Of a DNA stretch of 64,000 nucleotides, positions 51,399 to 62,388 are shown piece after piece; the stretch's first letter is position 1, and every line of letters begins with the position of its first letter. The position numbers and the translations under genes were made by a program. The notes below the pieces were generated by a model. It was not told the DNA's origin. It did not search any database and saw only the letters and a program-made list of their open reading frames with translations. Source of the DNA: Histomonas meleagridis 2922-C6/04-290x (taxonomy: Eukaryota > Protista > Parabasalia); contig JAANOX010000034.1 of assembly GCA_020184695.1 (NCBI GenBank), positions 186,001 through 250,000 of the forward strand, read 5' to 3'.

Positions 51399-51668
51399 TT
51401 AGAAAAATAGAAGGTTCGTTAGCAGGGTTGGCCCACAATTGATCGTTTAATTTTCGATACGAGTCACTTTTTTATCGATAAAAACCGACCAACAACGGTT
51501 TGAATCTAGATAAGTTATAAGACTAAGTCAATAGGAACGATACTAATGTTCTTTGTATCACGAAATTTTTGAATGGTTTTTAATCGACCAAAACCGTTTA
51601 TTTATTGATACAATCGATCGATATTGATAAATAAACGGTTTTTATTGATGTTAAATCGAAAAAATTGC

Positions 51669-52620
51669 CTAATTATTAAAACATATTCCAAATTATTAAA
51701 ACATATATAAAATTATTCAAATGAATATTTTTTGCATTAACATCAATTCCTTTATCTAAAAGTAATTTTACTATTTCTATATTATTATTTTTAATTGCTA
51801 TATGAAGTGCTGTTTCAAATTATTAAAACATATTCAAAATTATTAAAACATATTCTCAATTATTAAAATGAATAATTCCTGCATTAACATCAATTCCTTT
51901 TTGATCTAAAATTTATTTCACAAGTTCAGCATTTCCTGATACTGAAGCAAATGGCAAAATGTTTTTTGGGGTTTGATTATTTTGAAGGAAATATTTAACA
52001 AGATGTGAGTTTTCGTTTCTTGCTGGTTCGTTTTTACAAGTATTAACATCAATTCCTTTTTCTTCCAAAAATGTCAAAATATCATAATTATCTTTTTGAA
52101 TACAAAAACTTACCAAATCATTAGTTTTATCTTCAGACATTTTTGGTATTGATTGTATTTTTTCTGATTTATTCTCAAAAATATATTAAAAATATCATTT
52201 TGGTGTAACATAATTGCTGTTTCATATGCATCTTCAAATGATGAATGGTTTTGCTCACACAAATGAATAATTTCTTCATTTCCACCTGCGTTTGCATATG
52301 TCTGTGTTTTCTGTCTTTATACCATTCATATGCAAAAATTTAAAACATTTAACAGATCCAAAAAATGCTGTATAATCAATTAATGTAACATTTTCTTTAT
52401 TAATAAATGAACATCTTTCATAAAGTGATGGTTGAATTGTTTGATTAAAATCAAAATTTGTTTGTGATGATATTTCTTGAAGTTTTTCTATTTCATCATG
52501 TCGAATGATTTTTACAATTTCATTTGGATTATGTCCTTCTTTAATTAATTTCTTATGAAGCTGCCAATCATTCTTTGAACATTCTTCATAATTTTTTTTG
52601 AATATATTCAGTATAAATTA
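51669..52620 (-). pseudogene. Degraded DUF3447-like/ankyrin gene with two 3-module spacers
   Basis: Fragments 'KNDWQLHKKLIKEG', 'IDYTAFFGSVKCF' and 'TALHIAIKNNNIEIVKLLLDKGIDVNAKN' with multiple stops and frameshifts. Spacers are built from the 20-nt unit ATATGTTTTAATAATTT+NNN. Confidence 0.7.
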
Positions 52621-52945
52621 ATTTACTTATTTAATAATTTTCTTTTTTTTAATGGAGTATTAACTTTGTAGTATGAAAAGGTTGAATGTTTGTAAGTATC
52701 TTCGATGTTCAGTATGAATTTACATTTCAAAAAAGATTCACTAATTTTCAAAAATATAATCAAACCATTCCATGAAGTTTAATTATGGGCATATTGCAAT
52801 AATACTTGTAATTAATGCATTCAATTTGTATTTCAATTAAATATTCAATGTTTTACATTTTTTGGGAAATCGATTTCCGACAAATTAATTTAATTCAAAA
52901 AGTTTTAGATCAAAAAAACTTGAATACGAGAACAGGTCAAAAAAA

Positions 52946-53509
52946 ATGAACAAAGAAAACTTCAAAATCATTGTCGTTGGCAAATGTCAAGTTGGCAAAT
53001 CATGCCTAATTAGGGCAATATCATCATCTGAATTCGATCCTAACTATTCTCCAACTGTTGGTGTTTCATTTATAGCAAAAAATATAATATTTGAAAATCA
53101 GACTGTAAGAATTCAACTTTGGGATACAGCTGGACAAGAAGTGTATCGTGCACTAACATATAGTTATTTTCGTGATGCTGATTGTGCTTTAATTGTTTAT
53201 GATGTTACAGACGAAGATTCATTTCAAGAGCTTCAACAATGGGTCGATGATGTTCGGAATCATACTTCAAAAGATTGTGTGATATTCATTGTTGGAAATA
53301 AAATTGATTTGGATTCACGAAAAATTTCATATCAACAAGGCTTAGATTTTGCACAAAATAACAAACTCCAATTCTTTGAAGTGTCTGCAAAAACTAATGA
53401 TAATATGACATTGCTCTTGGATAGTTGCATATCTGCAATTTTTCATAGCAAGGCAAAATCGGACCCGCGTAATCTTGAAGCAAAAGAAGAAAGTAGATGC
53501 CACTGCTAA
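52946..53509 (+). CDS. Rab family small GTPase
   Basis: GKCQVGKS, SPTVG, WDTAGQE, GNKID and EVSAK motifs, and a C-terminal CXC (CHC) prenylation motif. Confidence 0.93.
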   Translation: MNKENFKIIVVGKCQVGKSCLIRAISSSEFDPNYSPTVGVSFIAKNIIFENQTVRIQLWDTAGQEVYRALTYSYFRDADCALIVYDVTDEDSFQELQQWVDDVRNHTSKDCVIFIVGNKIDLDSRKISYQQGLDFAQNNKLQFFEVSAKTNDNMTLLLDSCISAIFHSKAKSDPRNLEAKEESRCHC

Positions 53510-54809
53510 GCCTATCACATTCAACCCTATACGAATTAAATTTGTTGAAACAATTAAATTTTTCTATTAATTAACAAAAATAAGCGTTTATTAAATCAAC
53601 TATCTATGTTCTTTTTATGTTTCTCAAACTATTTTTGCTTATTATATAATGAAAAGACATCCATTGTTTGATTAAAATTTTATTGTGCAAAAATCTTTGT
53701 TTTTTGGGTTAAAGTTTCTTCATTAATAAATATTAGAAATTGCGTTAATTTCAAGCATTCTTACTGTTTCCGTTAGATACTTTGCTTAAATTAAATATTT
53801 AATATTTTAACTTTAAACAATTTTAAAATGCTTTTAAAACTAATTAAACATAAGTATCGATACTTACCACATCGATGTGGTCTCTGCTAAATGGCTTGAA
53901 ATCTTCACTTTGATTTTCTTTTACTGGAAATTAGTTTTAATCTTCCTTCGCAGTGTTCCTGAATCGAGTCAAGATAAGACACTGTCAACCAACTTTCCCT
54001 CTTATAGATTTCTTTTTAATTTTAAAATTATTTGTAATGTATTTAATACATATCAGATTTTAACATATAAGAACAGTAGGCAAATTTTTTATGAAGATAT
54101 AATAATTTTTTTAAAATTTCCTTTGAATTTAGTCACTTTCCATTTAAATTCGTGTACGATACAAAACACAAACGGTCATCTAAGTAAAGACTGAATGTAC
54201 CAATTACCACATCTAAACCAGTATATATAAGTATTGTAGAAAAAATGTTTAAAATATTTTAATCTTCTGTTTAATTTTGTGATTCTTTGTTGTGAGTATC
54301 GCTCACTCGTAAAGGAACGAATCTTGATGGATTTGGTAACCACAAAATTAATTCAAAAAGTTATTTTTTCTTCTTTGTCGAGAGCCTCCAATAATGAATA
54401 AATTGTTTCAAGAATCATACTATTTATAGAACTAATAAATTATATAAAATTGCAAAGACAGATTTTTGAATTTTTGCTCTGATCTATAGATATTGAAAAT
54501 ATTGTATAACTTAAAAACAGAATGAAAACTATAGAAAAATCACATAAATTAATATTGACTATTAGTTCTATATGTTTATTGAATTTGAACTTCTGTATTT
54601 AATCCTAAAGCCAAAAAAGCATTTCGAAGTTTTGGAGATTGCTCATTAAAAAATAAGATAACAAAATTTGGTTAAGATAATTTTATTGAATAGAATGTGT
54701 ATACTTATTTATTTAAATTTAGTTCAGTGGAAAATGAAAAAAATTGATTTTCTGATTTGAAACGACCGTTTATTTGGTTGACAGCGTCTTTTTTTACTCT
54801 TAAATCAAT

Positions 54810-55397
54810 ATGGTGGATCTTGACAACCACCCAGCTAAGTTGATTCAATTCACACTCGTAGGAGAATCAAATAGTGGTAAGACAAGTCTTTTATTAACTT
54901 ACGCAGCCCATGGTGCATTTCCGATAGATTATACTCCCAGTGTTGCTGATGGTATTTGTACTCATTGCTGCTTTCAAGGCCATGATTTTAATTTACAATT
55001 AATTGATACATGCGGTGCTGGTGATTACTTAGATATGAATAGAATTGCATTCGTGTTCGGGTACCCGGATATTATTTTAATTTGTTTTTCACTTGTGTCA
55101 CCAAAGTCATTCCAAAGAATTCGTACCACATATATTCCTTACCTCGAAAATTATTACCCTGGCATACCATATGTTTTAGTTGGACTGAAAAGTGATCTTA
55201 GAGAAAAAGAATCAAATGAAACAATTAAAATTTCGACATCTCAAGGAGAAGAAATGAAAAGCATAATTGGAGCACTTGCCTACATTGAATGCTCTTCATT
55301 AAGCAAAGATAACGTAAAAGAAGTGTTCGAAGCAGGTTTTCAAATTGTTTTTTCAGGAGGCTACAAACTCCCGCGCAAACAGCAAAACGACTGCTGA
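54810..55397 (+). CDS. Rho/Rac family small GTPase, divergent
   Basis: GESNSGKTS, 'YTPSV', 'DTCGAGDY', 'CFSLVSPKSF', 'GLKSDLR' and 'YIECSS' motifs; ends in Cys. Confidence 0.88.
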   Translation: MVDLDNHPAKLIQFTLVGESNSGKTSLLLTYAAHGAFPIDYTPSVADGICTHCCFQGHDFNLQLIDTCGAGDYLDMNRIAFVFGYPDIILICFSLVSPKSFQRIRTTYIPYLENYYPGIPYVLVGLKSDLREKESNETIKISTSQGEEMKSIIGALAYIECSSLSKDNVKEVFEAGFQIVFSGGYKLPRKQQNDC

Positions 55398-55799
55398 AGT
55401 GTTTGCTAAACAAGACAGAACTCTTATCAAAAAGTTATCCCATATCGTGTATGTAAACTAATGAATTTTTTCGACCTACAGTCGTGGAGGTTAATTGTTT
55501 AGGTATTTCAGGGAGTGACGAACAGATTTGGCTCAAATTTTTTGGAAACCGCTAAGGCCACTTTTTCGACGATACGGGAACGATGGAAAATAAATAGAAA
55601 AACTCAAAAATCTGATCAAAAATAAAAATAATTATATTTAAATATAATTAATCAATATTGCAATATCCATAGAATTAATCTACTTTAATGATAAAACATC
55701 TATATAGTTGACAAATAAGATGGAATATACAAAAATTTAGGATGTTTATCTTTTTGATGTAGTTATAACATAAAACTTTGAAGAAAAATATCAGTAATT

Positions 55800-58713
55800 T
55801 AAATAATTGTCATTTATTCTAAATTATAACAATGTTATCTATCGTAGATATAAAAATCCTTCTTGTTTAGGAGTAATTTAACTATTTTTGTGACTCTAAC
55901 AAAGTGCATATATGAATGTTATTGTAAATAATTTCAAAAAATTCCAAATAACATTAAGTTATATAACTTTAACAATTTCTGTATTACCCTTTTCAGATGA
56001 TAAAATAAGTGCTGTATTAAATGATTTAAATAATTTCCAAATATTATTTTGAAATATTATAATGATTAAAATAAATTTTAAATAAAACAAATAAATATTT
56101 TTAGTATTAATATCAATTCCTTCTTGAACAAGAAGTAATTTAAATATTTATGTCTGATCATTTAAAGATGCCAAAATAAGTGCTGTTTTAAATAATTTAA
56201 ATAATTTACAAATATTATTTTGAGATGTCAAATTAATAAAATAAATTTTGAACAAAACAAATAAATATTTTTAGCATTAGTATCAATTCCTTCTTGTTCA
56301 AGAACTAATTTAACTATTTCTGTATGACCATTTCTAGATGCATAAATAAGTGCTGTATCAAATAATTTAAATAATTTCCAAATATTATTTTGAAATATTA
56401 AATTATTAAAATAAATTTCAAATAAAACAAATAAATATCTTTAGCATTAATATCAATTCTGTTTTGTTCAAGAAGTAATTTAACTATTTCTGTATTACCA
56501 TTTCTAGATGCATAAATAAGTGCTGTATCAAATAATTTAAATAATTTCCAAATATTATTTTGAAATATAAAATTATTAAAATAAATTTTAAATAAAACAA
56601 ATAAATATCTTTAGCATTAATATCGATTTCTTCTTGTTCAAGAAGTAATTTAACTATTTCTGTATAACCTTTTTCAGATGCAAACATTAGTGCTGTAAAA
56701 AATAATTTAAATAATTTCCAAATATTATTTTGAAATAAGAAATTATTAAAATAAATATTAAATAAAACAAATAAATATCTTTAGCATTAGTATCAATTCC
56801 GTTTTGTTCAAGAATTAATTTAACTATTTCTGTATGACCATTTTCAGATGCATACATAAGTGCTGTTTTAAATAATTTAAATAATTTCCAAATATTATTT
56901 TGAAATATCAAATTATTAAAATAAATTTTAAATAAAACAAAAATATATCTTTAGCATTAATATCAATTCCTTCTTGTTCAAGAAGTAATTTAACTATTTC
57001 TGTATGACCATTTTCAGATGCTCTCATAAGTGCTGTATTAAATAATTTAAATAATTTCCAAATATTATTTTGAAATATCAAATTATTAAAATAAATTCTA
57101 AATAAAACAAATAAATTTCAAATAAAACAAATAAATTTTTTTAGCATTAATATCAATTCCATTTTGTTCAAGAAGTAATTTAACTATTTCTGTATTACCA
57201 TTTGAAGATGCAATCATAAGTGCTGTATATAATAATTTAAATAATTTCCAAATATTATTTTGAAATATTAAATTATTAAAATAAATTTCAAATAAAACAA
57301 ATAAATATCTTTAGCATTAATATCAATTCCTTCTTGTTCAAGAAGTAATTTAACTATTTCTGTATTACCATTTGAAGATGCAATCATAAGTGCTGTATAT
57401 AATAATTTAAATAATTTCCAAATATTATTTTGAAATATTAAATTATTAAAATAAATTTCAAATAAAACAAATAAATATCTTTAGCATTAATATCAATTCC
57501 TTTCTGGTTTAAAACATATTTAACAAGTTCAATATTTCCTGAATTTGAAGAATATATCAAAATATTTTTAGGAATTTGGTTATTTAAAAGGAAATATTCG
57601 ACCAAAAAAATATTTCCAACCTTTGCTGCTTCATTAATGATAATATCATTAATTTCCATTCCTTCTTTAAGTAAAAATGAAAAAATTTCATAATTATGAT
57701 ATAAAATACATTTCTTTCCTAAAATTGATAAGTCTTTAATTTTCTCAAGTTTGGTCTCATAAATATATTTAAAGACATTATTTAAATGAAATTTTATTGC
57801 TGTCTTAAATGCATTTTTAAATGATGAATGATTTTGTTCACATAAATGAATGATTTCAATATTTTCACCTGCAACTGCATATTTACCTGAATATTTTACA
57901 TTTGCATCATTCATTAAAAAAAAATTTAAAACATTTTATTGATCCAAAAAATGATGCATAATCAATAAGTGAAACGCCTTCATATAATTTATTGATAAAT
58001 GAGCATCTTTCATAAGGTGATGGTTCAATTTTATTAAAATTAAAATCATTTTGTGAAGATATTTCTTGAAGTTTTTCGATTTCATCGTTTCGAATTATTT
58101 TAGCAATTTTGTTTTGATTTACTCCTTCTCTAGTATATCTCTTATGAAGTTCCCAATTATTCTTTGAAAGTTCTTTATAATTTTGATAGATTTCATCCAT
58201 AAAATAAACATAGTTATAAAACAAATTTTGAATTTTTTCATATGAAGATATGTAATGTGCAAAATATGCACCCTTTTGGTTTTTTACGATTTCTGGTTTA
58301 AGAAAATTATGTTCAATCATATAATTTAGAAGACAATGTGATTCTTGTGTGTTCTTATTAAGAAGGAATTTTGCAAATTCATTAAAAATTTCTGATTTGA
58401 TATTCTTTTTTTCTTGAATGATTTTAATTTCATTTATAAAATCTAAATACAAATCAAAATCAAATATTTTCGTTTTTGATATAACAAGAATAGTGTATAT
58501 CATTTGATAGAGAATTGGATTCAAAGATAATGGATGGTTCTGATTAAATTTTTTAACTATTGATTTTGCTGATTGAACAAGATTTTCTTTATTTAGATCA
58601 AAAATAATTTGCTTAATTGTTTGAAATTCCTCCCATTGATTTTGGTTTGTTTTTTTCCCTTCTTGCATTTCAGAAATTATGAAAAATCCTCTATTGTCAC
58701 TTTTTTTTGGCAA
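55800..58713 (-). pseudogene. DUF3447-like + ankyrin-repeat gene with nine modular spacers; 3' repeats decayed
   Basis: ORFs 58713-57907 and 57914-57438 are joined by a 1-nt frameshift in a 9-nt homopolymer (possible assembly error). Spacers at 57476, 57306, 57136, 56946, 56776, 56606, 56436, 56266 and 56096 decode to ENGY, ENGY, ERDGN, KDGK, NLGF, KYGD, ENGD, KDVK and KNGN. An in-frame TAA lies at about 56150, and the repeats below about 55960 are degraded. The first eight repeats are open, so it could encode a truncated protein. Confidence 0.7.
56010..57500 (-). repeat. 170-nt period tandem ankyrin/spacer array (one 190-nt and one 171-nt unit)
   Basis: 'tgctgt' at 56010, 56181, 56351, 56521, 56691, 56861, 57031, 57221 and 57391. 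Confidence 0.95.
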
Positions 58714-58727
58714 TCATCATAATCTAA

Positions 58728-59052
58728 ATGATATACTTACTGGCGGATGTGAGAATAAGTAATTTTGGAGTCGATTTTAACTTCATGAAAGAAACTCAGG
58801 TATTCGAAGAGAATAATAAAAGTAAAAAGATAATTTTCTATGTGTTCCTCAATAATTTCACTCAAGAATTAAATTTCCTTCTTAAAAATTTGATGAAACA
58901 CAAATTTTTCAAACCCAATATTATAAAAGAGAAAAAGAATCTATATTTTATTCATTACAACTCAAATGAAAGTAAAACTGAATTCATTTAGAATTATTTT
59001 GAGGCTGATAACATTGAAGAACTTAAAAAGAATGATTGGGAACATCTTTCAT
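58728..59052 (+). pseudogene. Possible remnant of a DUF3447-family N-terminal domain, in opposite orientation to its neighbour
   Basis: Translated pieces 'FLLKNLMKHKFFKPNII' and 'EELKKNDWE' resemble 'LLNYMIEHNFLKPEIV' and 'ELSKNNWE' in 57907-58713. Confidence 0.4.
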
Positions 59053-59551
59053 GAAAGAAGAAAGTGATTTTGTTGCTTAAGGCGCAAGTAAATATACTAT
59101 TACCAGTGGAAATCTTGAAATCATTCATTCATGTGTACAAAATTATTTGCTATTTGAAGGTCCATTAAGTAGCAATTGCTAAAAAATTTAAATTTTATAA
59201 AAATGATATTTTTCTTTATCTTTATGAAAGCAAAATATATAAAAGTAATAATTTTGAAGAATTAAGAAAGAAAAGTATTTTACATCAAAACTACGAAATA
59301 TTTTCTACAAAAAGAAGGTATCAAAGTTAACTCTTCAATAATAATTTAGCAGCGAGAATCGGTAAAATAATATTTGATTAAATATTTTCTGAAGTCATAT
59401 TAAATTCCTAAATATATTTCAGCTTAATAAAACATATTAATAATTTCTGACCAATCCTTTTATTGTAAATCTTTTCAAGCGAATTTGCAAATTTAATGTG
59501 ATTCACATCCTAAAATTAAAATTTAATTCACTCCACTTTTATTATTTTAAT

Positions 59552-60796
59552 TTATTCGTGGGTACGACTTACAACTTCTTTACCCTTTTCAAGAATGACA
59601 AAGCAGTGCTCATGTTGTGATACATAAGATCCCTCTATATCGCACAGTGGTGGGTATGGGTCAACAGCCTTTAGTTTCACCAATTGGTCAAGTGTCAATT
59701 TGTAATCAGTTTGCTCCGCCTTGTCAAGGAACCGCTGGCAGAATGCTAAGGTCTTAAAGTTACGTTGTATGCAATCGACAAGATCTTTTTGGCTGCCGTT
59801 TTTGACATGGATCTGATTTGAATGTGATGTCAGCATGAAATGTGATGGAGGTCCTTGATCAAATACAACCCCATCACCAGTGGTAGCGAATGTTTCTAGT
59901 GCATATAGTTCGCCAATTTCCATCCTTTCATTATATTCTTGACCTGGTGGAGCTTTGGATATTGGTATGAATTTACCACTATGAACTTTGTAATATGCCA
60001 TTTGATGGCCTCTAAGGTTACGTACAGGCTTAAGTGGGATGATTTTGTTATTAAGTTCAATTTGATATGATGATATTATTTCATCAATTGTGTTGGAAAT
60101 TTCGCATATGCGGACATCAGGGCCAGCCATACGAATGGCCTTGTTGGTAGCTTCACGAGACGCTTCAATGAGTGGTTTGAATCTATCATCAAAACAAACG
60201 GTAAAAGCAGAATCGATAATATGACCATTAATAGAAACGCCAAAGTCAATTTTCATTACGTCTGAGGTTCCGAGTACTGTTTCATCAGCAGCTGATATTG
60301 GGGTATAATGGGCAGCTGTATTGTTAAGAGAACATCCACATGGAAAAGCAAGACCTCTGTCTGGTGGGTGGAATTGAACTTGCCTGCGAACTGCCTCTTC
60401 AATTTGTGCGCACATATCAAATAATTTCACACCTGGTCTGATGATATCATGTTGAAGAGCCCAATCACGAACTTGCTCATGAATGAGTCCACCTTCACGA
60501 AGGTCTGGAAGAGCAGCTTCAATTTCTTCAAGTCGTTTCGCTTGCTCTTTATCTTTGGGACGAAATCCAGCATGCTCATTATACTCTAGAAAATCTCTAT
60601 GTGGGAACTCTCTATTTTCATAGGTTTTACATGGAGCTTGTGGCAAGTCAACAAAAACTGAATCTGGGATAATATGAGATTTCTTTTCCATTTCTTTCTG
60701 TTCTCTATTGTGAGCTGCTGCTGCCATCAGAAATTCTAGGTCATCATCCTCATTGGCTTTCTTATTATTGCCTTTCTTTTGGTTGCGCCTTGACAT
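59552..60796 (-). CDS. METAP2: Methionine aminopeptidase 2
   Basis: Basic/acidic N-terminus, 'AFPCGCSLNNTAAHYTP', 'KIDFG', 'GHIIDSAFT', 'GH...IHSGK-like', 'YALETF' and 'PYPPLCDIEGSYVSQHEH'. Confidence 0.95.
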   Translation of the reverse strand: MSRRNQKKGNNKKANEDDDLEFLMAAAAHNREQKEMEKKSHIIPDSVFVDLPQAPCKTYENREFPHRDFLEYNEHAGFRPKDKEQAKRLEEIEAALPDLREGGLIHEQVRDWALQHDIIRPGVKLFDMCAQIEEAVRRQVQFHPPDRGLAFPCGCSLNNTAAHYTPISAADETVLGTSDVMKIDFGVSINGHIIDSAFTVCFDDRFKPLIEASREATNKAIRMAGPDVRICEISNTIDEIISSYQIELNNKIIPLKPVRNLRGHQMAYYKVHSGKFIPISKAPPGQEYNERMEIGELYALETFATTGDGVVFDQGPPSHFMLTSHSNQIHVKNGSQKDLVDCIQRNFKTLAFCQRFLDKAEQTDYKLTLDQLVKLKAVDPYPPLCDIEGSYVSQHEHCFVILEKGKEVVSRTHE

Positions 60797-61243
60797 GCAA
60801 AAAATGGATCATCTCACAAAATCACTGGTCGGCTAACTTTTTCTGAAACGAATCCGATCAAAAGTGGCTCGAATTCAAAAGGATAAAACGGTTGATAATA
60901 TTTGGGATGTTTTCAATTTTTTGAATACATATGCTTTTAACGTCCTCCTGAAATTTGCACAACAAATTTGTTCTTTCCAATGGAAAACCATCATCTGGTT
61001 TTGTTATTCATAATTTAGCATTTTTTTCTTCAAATTTTATTTATTCTAAACATTCGCACAAAGAGTTATGAAATTATTTTCCATAAAAATTATATAATTT
61101 TTCCTAAAAAATGACAAATAGGAAAAGTACGATTCATTCATTATATCATAAGTTAAGTACTCCGAATTTAAAAATTTCAAAAGCTCGATTCAAATTATTT
61201 TTAACTCATTATTATATATTTATATTTATTAAACAATTAAAAA

Positions 61244-62155
61244 TTATATAAGAAAAGGGTTTGTGGTTAATGAAAAACTCTGTGTATTGTTTTGCGTTTT
61301 CTGTCTTTCGCTTTTAATTTTTGTATTTTCGGAACTTTTCGAATTTAATTTTCTGTCGAATTTTGGCTTATTTTCTTCCTTTACATTGTTTCGATTTAAT
61401 TTTCTGTCGAATTTTGGCTTTCGTTCTTCTGATGCTGAATCCTGTTTTGGCTTATAAACCTTATTTGTTGTGTTTTCCCTTTGAATCCGCGAGTTTCGAG
61501 TTTTTGTATCTGTTTCTTCTGTTTGCTTGCGATGAGGATTTCTTTCATCTGTTTTAGATTGTGTTACTTCACTGTTATTTTTGGTACGATGATGATGCGA
61601 ACTACTGTTGTTTGAATGTGTTCCATGTTTACGCTTATGTGTTGTGGAAGATGATGTATCATCCTTGTGAATCTGATAATCTGTTTTTTGGGGATTCGTT
61701 TTTTGTATATCACTTTTTGATGGTTGAGTTGTCCGTGTTTGTTGTTTCCTTTGGGGAATTGAATATTGAAAACCTTCGAATGATGTAGATTCATTTTTAG
61801 TCGAAGTTAATGATGGATCAAAAATTGGAGACCGCCTTTCAAATTTGTTTAACTCTGATGGAACATGTTCCCATGGATCTAATTCAAGAATTTTTGGTTC
61901 ATTTGAAAACCCAAGATTTCTTGATTGACCATTAACACGATTGTATTTATTAGGATTTTGCAGTATATGTGTTGTTCTTCTAAAAACAGGTGGGTAATAT
62001 AAATTCTGTGGATTTCGCTTTTTCTGGATTGTTGGTTGATTTTTGTGAAAATAATGAAATATTTCATGAAACCCATTTAAGGGAGAACAACTTAATGCAA
62101 TTGATAGAAGAATAAATGTGAGAAAAATTAGAACACATAAACCAACTACAAACAT
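61244..62155 (-). CDS. Hypothetical protein with N-terminal hydrophobic signal anchor and low-complexity hydrophilic C-terminus (17-aa duplication KPKFDRKLN)
   Basis: 303-aa ORF with an N-terminal TM-like segment. A 51-nt period duplication lies at about 61335-61420. Confidence 0.65.
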   Translation of the reverse strand: MFVVGLCVLIFLTFILLSIALSCSPLNGFHEIFHYFHKNQPTIQKKRNPQNLYYPPVFRRTTHILQNPNKYNRVNGQSRNLGFSNEPKILELDPWEHVPSELNKFERRSPIFDPSLTSTKNESTSFEGFQYSIPQRKQQTRTTQPSKSDIQKTNPQKTDYQIHKDDTSSSTTHKRKHGTHSNNSSSHHHRTKNNSEVTQSKTDERNPHRKQTEETDTKTRNSRIQRENTTNKVYKPKQDSASEERKPKFDRKLNRNNVKEENKPKFDRKLNSKSSENTKIKSERQKTQNNTQSFSLTTNPFLI

Positions 62156-62388
62156 TCAGTTTTTGCCATTTTCTTTTTGTCACAATTTTTTATGCCATAG
62201 AAAAATAATGGTTATTTTAACAATTAACGTTTATCTTTACATTATATCTATAGGATATATAAACAGAGCATCATGGAATCATGCACTTTAACATAGCTCA
62301 CATTTATTTAATTGGATAAATGATATAAAACATTTGTTCTTATGCTAAAACATTGTTGTGAATCTTTATTAAAAAAAAATTTCATTTT

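Noticed and set aside
53860-54400. Possible degraded gene or transposon fragment between Rab and Rho
   Set aside because: No motif or terminal repeat could be supported.
56527-56606. Single canonical GT-AG intron per spacer (GTTTTATT...ATACAG)
   Set aside because: Splicing at this GT/AG puts the downstream ankyrin block out of frame, there is no CTAAC branch motif, and these sites are not conserved in the diverged spacers.
56527-56606. T4 gene 60-style bypass with matched take-off and landing codons
   Set aside because: The last three nt of the elements (mostly TTT) do not match the preceding codons. A different bypass mechanism is not excluded.
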